Shown: one piece after another, positions 8,675 to 17,249 of the stretch | Position numbering within the stretch: position 1 is the first letter of the stretch | Layout: every line of letters starts with the position of its first letter | Assembly: GCA_037439545.1 (NCBI GenBank) | Contig: JBBIVV010000041.1 | Location: 1-18,963, forward strand | Source: a bacterium | GTDB taxonomy: Bacteria > JAMCPX01 | Length of the DNA: 18,963 bases | Reading direction: 5' to 3' | Notes under the pieces: model-generated | The model's input: only the letters and a program-made list of their open reading frames with translations | Told to the model about the DNA's origin: nothing | Databases searched by the model: none | Program-made: the position numbers and the translations under genes

Positions 8675-9601
8675 ATGGTTATCGTTTGCCCGAAATGTTC
8701 CACAAAATACAGGATAGCGGAAGACAAACTGTCAAACGACAGCGTGAAGCTGAGATGTTCAAAATGCGGGGAAGTGTTTTTGTTGAAGAAAAAAACGCCG
8801 CAAAAAGAGATGCCGTCGACGCTGCCCGCCGTCGTGGAGGGTAAAAAAATCCTCGTAGCCCATCCGGCCGGTTCTATGAGGGACATGATGGGTGAGCTGC
8901 TGAAAGAGGGCGGATTCGCTCCCCTGTTTGCGAAGAACGGCGTCGAAGCGATTTCTGTGATGACGGACATGCATCCCGAGGTCGCTGTCGTCGACGTCGC
9001 GCTGCCGGACATATTCGGTTTTGAATTTCCCGAACTTATCAAGAACGATCAGAAGCTGAACAGTATAAAGGTCATGCTCATTGCGTCCATATACGATAAA
9101 ACACGATACAAGCGTGTGCCGCAGAGCCTTTACGGAGCGGATGATTTTATAGAGAAGCACCACATACGGGACGGACTCATTCCGAAAATAAACAGTCTCC
9201 TGAGCAGGCAGGAGGAAGTAAAGGCACCGCCGAAGCCGGCTGAGCCTGTTCAGGTGGGTGTCAGTGTAAGTGAACCTGTTGCACCAATGCTCGTCGAAGA
9301 GGACTCGAAAAAGCTGAAAGAAGATGAGCTTATCCAGACACCGGCAAATGCCCAGGACGTAGAGAAGGCAAAAAGATTGGCACGGATTATCGTGTCCGAC
9401 ATTGCGCTTTACAATCAGGAACTCCTCGAGCAGGGAATTAGACGGGGGACCATCGAAGATGTTTTGCAAAACGATCTCGAGGAAGGGAAAAAGCTGTTCA
9501 ACAAGAGAGTTGCCGAGGACATAAGAAAGCAGGGTGATTTTCTGATCGAATCTTTCAACGAACTGATTGAAAAAAAGAAAAAAGAATTGGGAATTATGTG
9601 A
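8675..9601 (+). CDS. MJ0042-type zinc-ribbon + atypical REC + C-terminal helical (RomX-like) domain protein
   Basis: N-terminal CPKC-x21-CSKC zinc ribbon. REC has AH in place of the acidic pair (ILVAHP) but retains VVDVALP and EK. A Pro/Val/Glu linker leads to C-terminal KAKRLARIIVSDIALYNQ...LEEGKKLFNKRV. Confidence 0.8.
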   Translation: MVIVCPKCSTKYRIAEDKLSNDSVKLRCSKCGEVFLLKKKTPQKEMPSTLPAVVEGKKILVAHPAGSMRDMMGELLKEGGFAPLFAKNGVEAISVMTDMHPEVAVVDVALPDIFGFEFPELIKNDQKLNSIKVMLIASIYDKTRYKRVPQSLYGADDFIEKHHIRDGLIPKINSLLSRQEEVKAPPKPAEPVQVGVSVSEPVAPMLVEEDSKKLKEDELIQTPANAQDVEKAKRLARIIVSDIALYNQELLEQGIRRGTIEDVLQNDLEEGKKLFNKRVAEDIRKQGDFLIESFNELIEKKKKELGIM

Positions 9602-11544
9602 TGTCGCAGAATAGAGAAGAAATAGCAAAATTATCGGAGGAAGAAAGGCTGAACGCAGCAGAAGGCATTTATAAGCTGCCCTTTCAGGAGAACATCGATC
9701 TCTTCAAGCTCCTGCTCGGAGACGAAAGCTTCAGAGTGAGGAAAACAGCCCTTGACCTGCTGTTGAACACGCACCAGTCGGACCAGCTTATAGATCTTTT
9801 TATAGAAATACTCGATGCGCAGGACAATGCAGGGTTACGGACAGCCGGTGTCGAAGGACTGACAAGGAGCGGGGCAAAGGCGATAGACAAAATTTTAAAA
9901 GCCATCGATACGGAGCAATGGGAGCTTTCAAAACTCCTGGTCGATGTGCTCGGCGATATAGGCAATGCACAGGTCATCCCGGTCCTCATCGAACTTACGA
10001 AAAACAGTCAGCAAAACCTCTCGACAGCAGCCATAGAGGCCCTCGGCAAACTCGGGACAGGGGACGTAATCCCCTATCTCGGCGAACTCCTGAAACGAAA
10101 AGAAATATACATCATATTTTCTACGCTCGAGGCATTGGCGAATCTCGGCAGAAAGGGGTTCACTCTTCCCCTGACGAACATTATCCCGCTCATGCCGGAC
10201 CCTCTTTTGAAAAAGGCGGTTTTCGATCTGTTCGGATCCACGCGGGACCCCCTGGTCATTCCTTATCTCATAGAAGGTCTGAAGGACAACAAAAGATCGA
10301 ACAGGGAGTCTGCAGCGAGAGCTATGCTGCAGCTCTACGGCAGTGCGGATGAGTCGGCCAAAACAAGTATAAAAAATATTACCAGAAAGTCCAATATATA
10401 TGATTCATACATCATAGACAGGATGCTCTCAGGCGTTGACTCGTCTGTCGTAAAGGCGGGTATAAGGCTGTTGGGCTGGTCCGGCATGAAGAGCAGTGTA
10501 GCGGTTCTATTCAGACATGCAGAGGATCCGGACATGTCTGATGCCTGTGTGTCCGCCTTGCTGGACATGGGAGAATCGGTAAAGAATGAAGTCGTCGGCA
10601 TGCTTGTCGGAAATAAAAGCACGGCACAGATAAGGGTCGGGCTTCAGTATCTGGCAATGCTTCCGCCATCCGATTCTGCACCGCCCGAGGGACTGTCTTA
10701 CCTTCTCGAGTTCGAAGACACGGAAGATCTGCTGGTCCTGCTTGCGCAGGCAATCGGAATACATTTCAATGAACAGAGCCTCAAACTCCTGAATAAGCTT
10801 ATGATCTCGGACAATAAGAACGTAAGCACCATCGCTATCGAGAATTTTATAAAGGTGGGCAGGCACATGCCTGCAGCAGTCGTTCAAATAATTCACGGCA
10901 TGATTCACAGCAGCGATTACCTGTCGAGACTGTCTGCCGCAAGGCTTGTCCCGAGCTTTTACGGTACTGAAATGGACGAGGACATCAAAAATTTATTTAA
11001 TGACAGCGAAGCTGCGGTGAGATCCGCTATCATAACCACTGCGGGCATACTGAGGCTCGGCTCATACCTCGAATATATGCAGATGGCACTGACCGATGAA
11101 AGCAGGGATGTCAGGATAGAGGCGATACGGGCCATCTTCGATATTGTGCCGGAAAATTTTATCGATACCATTCAATGGCTGATAAACGATGAAGACCCGT
11201 GGGTGAAAATAGAGATCATCAAGTGTCTCAAAGACGCACCGCAGAGAAAGGAGGCGATAAGCATAATCAAGAGATATACAGACGACGGATTCCCTGCGGT
11301 CGTGCTCACGGCGTTACAGGCACTTCTGGACATATCCATCGAGGATTCTCAGGAAGAAATCAACAAGGTCCTGTCAAAGAAGGACGAAGATATTGTGAAG
11401 GAAGCCATGTATATGCTCGGGAGGACCAAGAAGCAGGCTGCGTACAAGCTTTTAAAGGAACTCGGCTCGAGCGGGGACCGGAAAATCAGGGAAAACGCCA
11501 TATCTCTTCTTAAAAAATACAACGATACTGCGGACAATTCATAG
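9601..11544 (+). CDS. HEAT/PBS-lyase-like repeat protein
   Basis: Repeated helical units such as LLGDESFRVRKTALDLL, LVDVLGDIG, AAIEALGKLG, LTDESRDVRIEAIRAI and LINDEDPWVKIEIIKCL. ATG at 9601 overlaps the upstream TGA; an in-frame GTG at 9598 is an alternative start. Confidence 0.88.
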   Translation: MSQNREEIAKLSEEERLNAAEGIYKLPFQENIDLFKLLLGDESFRVRKTALDLLLNTHQSDQLIDLFIEILDAQDNAGLRTAGVEGLTRSGAKAIDKILKAIDTEQWELSKLLVDVLGDIGNAQVIPVLIELTKNSQQNLSTAAIEALGKLGTGDVIPYLGELLKRKEIYIIFSTLEALANLGRKGFTLPLTNIIPLMPDPLLKKAVFDLFGSTRDPLVIPYLIEGLKDNKRSNRESAARAMLQLYGSADESAKTSIKNITRKSNIYDSYIIDRMLSGVDSSVVKAGIRLLGWSGMKSSVAVLFRHAEDPDMSDACVSALLDMGESVKNEVVGMLVGNKSTAQIRVGLQYLAMLPPSDSAPPEGLSYLLEFEDTEDLLVLLAQAIGIHFNEQSLKLLNKLMISDNKNVSTIAIENFIKVGRHMPAAVVQIIHGMIHSSDYLSRLSAARLVPSFYGTEMDEDIKNLFNDSEAAVRSAIITTAGILRLGSYLEYMQMALTDESRDVRIEAIRAIFDIVPENFIDTIQWLINDEDPWVKIEIIKCLKDAPQRKEAISIIKRYTDDGFPAVVLTALQALLDISIEDSQEEINKVLSKKDEDIVKEAMYMLGRTKKQAAYKLLKELGSSGDRKIRENAISLLKKYNDTADNS

Positions 11545-11548
11545 AGAT

Positions 11549-12427
11549 ATGCAGAGAGACATGTACGATATTTTAGCCCAAAACAATCATCAGGTAGATC
11601 TTGAGGACGAGGACTTTCACCGGCTCAGGGATTTTATAAAGGATTACAGCGGCATATATTTTTCCGATGAGCAGAAATACATATTCGTATCGAGGCTGAC
11701 CAACAGGCTGACGATACGCAAATTGAATTCGTTCAGGGATTATTATCTGTTTCTGAAATACGACAAAGCACGAGAGGAGGAGTTGAGCATAATCGTCGAC
11801 CTCCTGACCACCAATGAAACGTACTTTTTCAGGGAGATATTACAGTTGAAAGCCCTGTTTGAAGAAATCATACCCATGATAAAATCGGAAAAGACGTACC
11901 TGCCGAAGCCGTCCCTCCGCATATGGAGTGCCGGATCATCGACGGGAGAAGAGCCCTATACCATAGCCATGATGGCAAAGGAATACGGCACCGGGAATGA
12001 TTTTAACCTTGAAATATATGCAACGGATATAAGCCAGAGGGTACTCTCCATATCCCGCAAGGGCATTTACGGCAACGCATCTTTCAGGGTAACTGACGAA
12101 CGAAACAAGAAAAAGTTTTTTGAGACTGCCGGCGATAAGTTCAAGATCAAAGACGAGATCAAGAACATGGTTAGGATCTCGCACATGAATCTTATGGACA
12201 ATACGGTTATGAACCTGCTCTCTACCATGGATGTGATAATATGCCGCAATGTCCTGATATATTTCGATCTCGAATCGAAAAAGAAGCTCATAGAAAAATT
12301 TTATGAAAAACTAAACGGCAGCGGATGGCTGCTGCTCGGTCATGCAGAATCCCTGATCAATGTGACGAGCATGTTCAAGCTCATGCAGCTTAAAAACGAT
12401 CTCGTTTACAGGAAACCTTTGAAATGA
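11549..12427 (+). CDS. cheR: Chemotaxis methyltransferase CheR
   Basis: LTTNETYFFRE, IWSAGSSTGEEPYTIAM, ATDIS, DVIICRNVLIYFD and LLLGHAESL motifs. Confidence 0.96.
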   Translation: MQRDMYDILAQNNHQVDLEDEDFHRLRDFIKDYSGIYFSDEQKYIFVSRLTNRLTIRKLNSFRDYYLFLKYDKAREEELSIIVDLLTTNETYFFREILQLKALFEEIIPMIKSEKTYLPKPSLRIWSAGSSTGEEPYTIAMMAKEYGTGNDFNLEIYATDISQRVLSISRKGIYGNASFRVTDERNKKKFFETAGDKFKIKDEIKNMVRISHMNLMDNTVMNLLSTMDVIICRNVLIYFDLESKKKLIEKFYEKLNGSGWLLLGHAESLINVTSMFKLMQLKNDLVYRKPLK

Positions 12428-13518
12428 ATGATAAGATTAAGGTACTGATAATCGATGATTCTGCATTTAACAGGCGCTCGTTAAAGCAAATGCTCGAGTC
12501 AAATCCGTCTATCAAGGTCATAGGCTCAGCGACAGACGGAGAAGACGGATTGAAAAAGGTAAATTCCCTTGAGCCCGATGTCGTAACCCTTGATCTTGAA
12601 ATGCCGCGCATGGACGGTTTCACCTTTTTGAGAATACTGATGAGGACAAGACCGACGCCCACGATTGTTATAAGCTCCAAGGCGGACTCGGAGAGCGTTT
12701 TCAAGGCAATGGAACTCGGTGCCGTGGACTTTATTCCGAAGCCCGTAAAAAGGGCGTCCATGGAATTATACTCTATAAAAGAGGACGTTCTGAAAAAGGT
12801 GCTTCATGTTCATAATATTAATCTCAGAAACATCCAGAGAAGAATAATAGACATCAATGTAAAACTCAGCTCCGGCATGGATACTGCCGCAAAGCCGATA
12901 GTAAAGGTCACGGGCATAGAACAGAAACCTTCGGAAATTTATGCCGGATTCAAACTTATCGCCATAGGGTCATCGACCGGCGGACCGTCTGCATTACAGA
13001 GGATAGTATCGGGTCTGGACAGCAGTATGAAAGTAAGTGTCGTGGTCTCGCAGCATATGCCGCCTGGTTTTACAAAAACATTTGCACAGAGGCTTAACAA
13101 GTACACGGCCTTTCAGGTAAAAGAGGCGGAGGACGGGGAGCCGCTGAGGCAGGGGAATATCCTGATATGCCCCGGCGGATACAGCCTCCGCATTAGTCCC
13201 GCTGAAGGCAGAAAGGAAGTCAGGCTTTTACCGAGACAAAAAGAAGATAAATTCATACCGTCCGTTAACAGGATGTTTGCATCGACTGCCCAGGAGTTCG
13301 GAAAGATGAGTGTCGGCGTCGTTCTGACCGGCATGGGGGATGACGGGAAAAAAGGGATAGAAATGATAAAGGATACCGGCGGCTATACCATAGCAGAGTC
13401 GGAAGAAACCGCTGTTATCTTCGGCATGCCCAAGGAGGCAATAGCAACGGGGAAGATCGATCGAGTATTGCCGTATTATCTTATATCCATGGAATTGAAC
13501 AGATGGGCCAAGGGATGA
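12424..13518 (+). CDS. cheB: Chemotaxis methylesterase/glutaminase CheB (REC + esterase)
   Basis: REC motifs IIDDSAFNR and TLDLEMPRMDG; catalytic motifs GSSTGGP, QHMP and LTGMGDDG; FGMPKEAI. Confidence 0.97.
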   Translation: MNDKIKVLIIDDSAFNRRSLKQMLESNPSIKVIGSATDGEDGLKKVNSLEPDVVTLDLEMPRMDGFTFLRILMRTRPTPTIVISSKADSESVFKAMELGAVDFIPKPVKRASMELYSIKEDVLKKVLHVHNINLRNIQRRIIDINVKLSSGMDTAAKPIVKVTGIEQKPSEIYAGFKLIAIGSSTGGPSALQRIVSGLDSSMKVSVVVSQHMPPGFTKTFAQRLNKYTAFQVKEAEDGEPLRQGNILICPGGYSLRISPAEGRKEVRLLPRQKEDKFIPSVNRMFASTAQEFGKMSVGVVLTGMGDDGKKGIEMIKDTGGYTIAESEETAVIFGMPKEAIATGKIDRVLPYYLISMELNRWAKG

Positions 13519-14432
13519 ATAAAAGATCATTACAGGTAAAAATAGGGAAACTTATCCTGAAAAATCCTATTCTTGGTGCATCGGGGACATTCGGCTACGG
13601 CGTCGAATACGAGCAATTTTTTTCACTCGAGAAAATAGGGGGATTCGTCACAAAAGGACTGTCCCTGAAACCGAGGAAAGGCAATCCGTCACCGAGAATT
13701 AAAGAAACACCGTGCGGGTTGATAAACTCAATAGGCCTCGAGAACATCGGCGTAGATGCATTCCTGAAGAATATTCTCCCGCAAATCGGGAACATCGATA
13801 CGAAGATCATAGTAAACATATTCGGCTCTACGACAGATGAATACATCGAGCTTGCAAAAAAGCTGGATAAAATCAAAAGAATAGATGGCATCGAGCTGAA
13901 CATTTCATGCCCGAATGTTAAGGCAGGCGGAGCCGAGTTCGGGAAGGACCCGCTGGTTGTAGGGGCCATTACACAGAAAGTAAGAGACATGACCGGCAAG
14001 ACCCTGATTGTAAAGCTGTCACCCGTTGTGACGAGTATCGTCGATGTTGCCGTCGCGGCACAGAAGGGTGGAGCCGATGCCGTGAGCATTGCGAACACCT
14101 ACCCTGCAATTGCGATTGATATAAAGAGCGGTAGACCGTTCCTCGGTGCTAAAACAGGCGGATTGTCGGGACCTGCAATCAAACCCATAACATTAAAACT
14201 GGTGTATGATGCCTATGACAGGCTTGATATCCCGATACTGGGGGTTGGGGGTATTTCTACTGCAGAAGATGTCATAGAGTATGCACTCGCAGGTGCGACG
14301 GCAGTTCAGATAGGCACGGCAAACTTCATAAACCCGGGTATTACTTCAACCCTGGCCGGGCAGCTCCGACAATATCTTTCGGATGCAGGTATCGAACATT
14401 TCACCTCTCTCATTGGAACGGCAAAACGATAG
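13515..14432 (+). CDS. pyrD: Dihydroorotate dehydrogenase, family 1 (1B-type) catalytic subunit
   Basis: LKNPILGASGTFGYG, NSIGLEN, ELNISCPNV, VKLSP, GGLSGPAIKP and AVQIGTANF. The start at 13515 makes an ATGA overlap with the cheB stop (the ORF track uses 13503). Confidence 0.95.
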   Translation: MNKRSLQVKIGKLILKNPILGASGTFGYGVEYEQFFSLEKIGGFVTKGLSLKPRKGNPSPRIKETPCGLINSIGLENIGVDAFLKNILPQIGNIDTKIIVNIFGSTTDEYIELAKKLDKIKRIDGIELNISCPNVKAGGAEFGKDPLVVGAITQKVRDMTGKTLIVKLSPVVTSIVDVAVAAQKGGADAVSIANTYPAIAIDIKSGRPFLGAKTGGLSGPAIKPITLKLVYDAYDRLDIPILGVGGISTAEDVIEYALAGATAVQIGTANFINPGITSTLAGQLRQYLSDAGIEHFTSLIGTAKR

Positions 14433-14472
14433 TGACCCGGAAATTGCACTGAGGTGGTTTACTCATTCCATT

Positions 14473-15513
14473 TTAACCGCCGAGCTGACCGCATGCAGCC
14501 TCTATCTCTTCGCCTCTTGTCGTTCTGATCATGGAAATTATGCCGTGTTTTAGCAGATATTCCTGGAATGCATTTACCGTATCTTCATCGGGTCTTTCAT
14601 AGTCAGCGCCCCAGTGCTTGTTGAACGGAATGAGATTTACTTTGCAGGGGAACCCCCTGGTTAGCTTCACGAGCTGTATCGCGTGTCCTATGCCGTCATT
14701 GATGCCCTTGACCATGACATACTCGAAGGTGATCCAGCCCTTTCTTTTTATGTGATAATCCTTCACAGCTTCTATGATATCATTTATACTATAAATCTTG
14801 TTAATCGGCATGAGTCTTGTCCTTGCATCATCGTATGCGGCGTTGAGAGAAATGGCAAGGTTAGCCTTTGACTCTGTTATAAAGCGTTTAATCTGAGGTA
14901 CGAGTCCTGCCGTGGAAACCGTAATCCTGTGGTGGGAGTATTGGTAGCCGTACTGCGATGTCAGTATATCGATGGACTTCAGTACCGTGTCATAGTTTGC
15001 AAAAGGCTCGCCCATGCCCATAAACACGATATGCGAAATTGGTTGTTCTCCCGCTTCCGATGGATGCTCTTTCATATAGTCCGACTGAACGGCGTCCAAT
15101 TGATTTATAATCTCCGATACGCTCAACTGCCGCTTGAACCCTTTTATACCGGTAAGGCAAAAACTGCACCCTATGGCGCAGCCGGCCTGAGTCGATACGC
15201 ACAGCGTATGCCATCTGCCCATGGGAATGAGTACCGATTCGATGGCGGATCCGTCCTTTAAGGCAAACTGATATTTGGTCGTATGGTCTTTGCTCTTTTT
15301 TTTGTGAACGATCTGCAGGGGGCTGACATCAAAATGTTCTGCAAGCATTGCCCGCGAGTTTTTCGAGATGTTCGTCATCTGTGAAAAGTCTGAGACCTTC
15401 TTTTTGTAGAGCCAGAGAAATATCTGCCGTGCACTGTACGCAGGCATACCGATATCTTTAAGCTCCTGCTCGAGCTCTTCCATGGTCAGTGATTTGATGT
15501 CAACCCTTGTCAT
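14473..15513 (-). CDS. rlmN: 23S rRNA A2503/tRNA dual-specificity radical-SAM methyltransferase RlmN
   Basis: CVSTQAGCAIGCSFC (CxxxCxxC), VFMGMGEP, ITVSTAG, FEYVM, VNLIPFN and C-terminal AACGQL; lies downstream of ndk as commonly seen. Confidence 0.95.
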   Translation of the reverse strand: MTRVDIKSLTMEELEQELKDIGMPAYSARQIFLWLYKKKVSDFSQMTNISKNSRAMLAEHFDVSPLQIVHKKKSKDHTTKYQFALKDGSAIESVLIPMGRWHTLCVSTQAGCAIGCSFCLTGIKGFKRQLSVSEIINQLDAVQSDYMKEHPSEAGEQPISHIVFMGMGEPFANYDTVLKSIDILTSQYGYQYSHHRITVSTAGLVPQIKRFITESKANLAISLNAAYDDARTRLMPINKIYSINDIIEAVKDYHIKRKGWITFEYVMVKGINDGIGHAIQLVKLTRGFPCKVNLIPFNKHWGADYERPDEDTVNAFQEYLLKHGIISMIRTTRGEEIEAACGQLGG

Positions 15514-15550
15514 GACTTTAAAAATATTTGCATATATGCTTCTGCGTTAT

Positions 15551-15643
15551 CCCTCTTAGATTAAGAGGGCGGGGTACCCATCGGACACACAGCAAAGCCC
15601 GATAAAACATAACCCCCTTCCGTCCCCCTTATCTTAAGGGGGA
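15551..15643. repeat. Inverted pair of REP-like palindromes between ndk and rlmN
   Basis: CCCTCTTA-gat-TAAGAGGG (15551-15569) and TCCCCCTTA-tct-TAAGGGGGA (15623-15643). The G-rich tails (GCGGGG on +; CGGAAGGGGGTTAT on -) face each other. Confidence 0.7.
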
Positions 15644-15669
15644 GACCTAAAACCCCATTAATTAGGAGT

Positions 15670-16089
15670 TTAATATTTCTTTATCTCCATTGCTGAAAAG
15701 AAATACGGTATCTCTGTTGCAGCGCTTTCGGGACTATCAGAGCCGTGAACGATATTTTTTTCAATATCGGATGCGAACATGTTCCGTATTGTCCCTTTAT
15801 CTGCCTTCTTCGGGTCTGTTGCACCCATTATGGTCCTTACACGGTTTATGACATTATCTCCCTCGAGCACCATGACGACCACAGGTCCCGATGACATGAA
15901 TGCCGTGAGGCTGTCAAAAAATGGCCTGTCCTTATGGATAGCATAAAATCCCATCGCCCTTTCTTTTGTCAGGTGAAGCATTTTTATCCCGACTACCTTT
16001 ATGCCCTGCTCTTCAAACAGGGCTATTACCTTGCCCGTGACCTGTTTTTTTACTCCATCCGGCTTTACTATTGAAAGTGTTTTTTGCAC
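15670..16089 (-). CDS. ndk: Nucleoside-diphosphate kinase
   Basis: KTLSIVKPDG, FMSSGPVV, MGATDP, GTIR and NIVHGSDS. The likely start is GTG at 16089 behind a perfect AAGGAGG SD (16100-16094), not 16116. Confidence 0.97.
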   Translation of the reverse strand: MQKTLSIVKPDGVKKQVTGKVIALFEEQGIKVVGIKMLHLTKERAMGFYAIHKDRPFFDSLTAFMSSGPVVVMVLEGDNVINRVRTIMGATDPKKADKGTIRNMFASDIEKNIVHGSDSPESAATEIPYFFSAMEIKKY

Positions 16090-16167
16090 AGTGCCTCCTT
16101 TAGTATCTATCAACATAGCAATTATTGGGAGAGATTCAAGGAATATCCTATTAATGATTGAAAGGCC

Positions 16168-16208
16168 CCCCTCTTATGTAAGAGGGGAATAAAGAAGGGA
16201 TAACGCAG
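16168..16208 (+). repeat. REP-like palindrome in the ndk/oppF divergent intergenic region
   Basis: CCCCTCTT-atgt-AAGAGGGG (16168-16187) followed by a GAAGGGATAAC tail; a possible degenerate opposite-facing copy lies at about 16251-16285. Confidence 0.65.
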
Positions 16209-16304
16209 TAAGAATCCTTTCCTTTATTTAAAAAAAGCGGGCAGAACACACCCCAACCCAAACCCCTCCTTGCATAATAAGATGGTTCGGGATATGAGAA
16301 CACC

Positions 16305-17249
16305 ATGGCTCTTGTGCAGGTCAACGATCTGAAAGTTTCTTATAAGGTGCAGGGTTTTTTCCGGAAACAGGCGGCTGTAAAGGCTGTTGACGGAGTGTCC
16401 TTGTCTATAGACGAGCACGAGACGCTCGGACTTGTCGGCGAGAGCGGATCCGGCAAATCGACCCTTGGCAGGACGATTCTTCTTCTCATAAAGCCTTATG
16501 AAGGAAATATATTTTTTGACGGCATCGATCTGCTTCATACGGATAAACGGACGATGAAGCAATTCAGGAAGCAGGCACAGATAGTGTTCCAGGATCCCTA
16601 CAGCTCCCTTAACCCGAGAATAAGGGCAGGAAATATTATAGCAGACCCGCTGAAGGTCCACCGGGCTGCCGACAGGCATACCTTGAAGCAGCAGGTGCTC
16701 GCTCTTCTCGATCTCGTCGGCCTGCCTGCATCTGCATACGACAAATACCCCTTTGCATTTTCAGGCGGGCAACGACAGAGGATAAGCATTGCAAGGGCAC
16801 TGTCTATAGGTCCGAGATTCATCGTTGCCGACGAGCCTGTATCCGCGCTCGATATCTCCATTCAGGCACAGCTTTTAAACCTTTTTAAAGAGATACAGGA
16901 AAAGCAGGGCGTGAGTTATCTTTTTATATCGCACGATCTGAGAACAGTTGCGTTCATAGCGCACAGGATTGCGGTCATGTATCTCGGAAGGATAGCAGAG
17001 CTTGCTCAGAAAAAAGAGCTCATAACCAATCCCCTCCATCCCTACACGCAGCTTTTACTTTCAAGCTTACCATCCAAACAGCGCAGGTCGAACCGGCAGT
17101 ACGGGGAGCCGGCCGCATACGTGCAGGGATGCAGGTTTTATCCGCGGTGCAAATCTGCCATGGACATCTGTAAAGAGCAGGAGCCGGAATTAAAAGAGGT
17201 GTCGCCTGGACATGCGGTGGCGTGTTATTTGTATGAGAGGGTCCATTGA
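16305..17249 (+). CDS. oppF: Oligopeptide/dipeptide ABC transporter ATP-binding subunit (OppF/DppF/AppF-like)
   Basis: VKAVDGVSL, Walker A GESGSGKST, VFQDPYSSLNPR, signature FSGGQRQR, ADEPVSALD, ISHDL, HPYT and Cys-rich C-terminus GCRFYPRC...C...VACY. Confidence 0.9.
   Translation: MALVQVNDLKVSYKVQGFFRKQAAVKAVDGVSLSIDEHETLGLVGESGSGKSTLGRTILLLIKPYEGNIFFDGIDLLHTDKRTMKQFRKQAQIVFQDPYSSLNPRIRAGNIIADPLKVHRAADRHTLKQQVLALLDLVGLPASAYDKYPFAFSGGQRQRISIARALSIGPRFIVADEPVSALDISIQAQLLNLFKEIQEKQGVSYLFISHDLRTVAFIAHRIAVMYLGRIAELAQKKELITNPLHPYTQLLLSSLPSKQRRSNRQYGEPAAYVQGCRFYPRCKSAMDICKEQEPELKEVSPGHAVACYLYERVH

Noticed and set aside
8759..9628. 289-aa minus-strand ORF
   Set aside because: Phe/Leu-rich mirror of Lys/Glu codons in the zinc-ribbon-REC gene; no independent evidence.
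14433..14472. Possible bidirectional terminator between convergent pyrD and rlmN
   Set aside because: No convincing GC stem with U-tract in the 40-bp gap.
15551..15643. Hairpins as a CRISPR array or intrinsic terminators
   Set aside because: Only two non-identical, oppositely oriented copies, no regular spacers or cas genes, and no poly-U tails.
16090..16116. Longer ndk start given in the ORF track
   Set aside because: The extension contains the AAGGAGG SD; GTG at 16089 gives the normal Ndk N-terminus.
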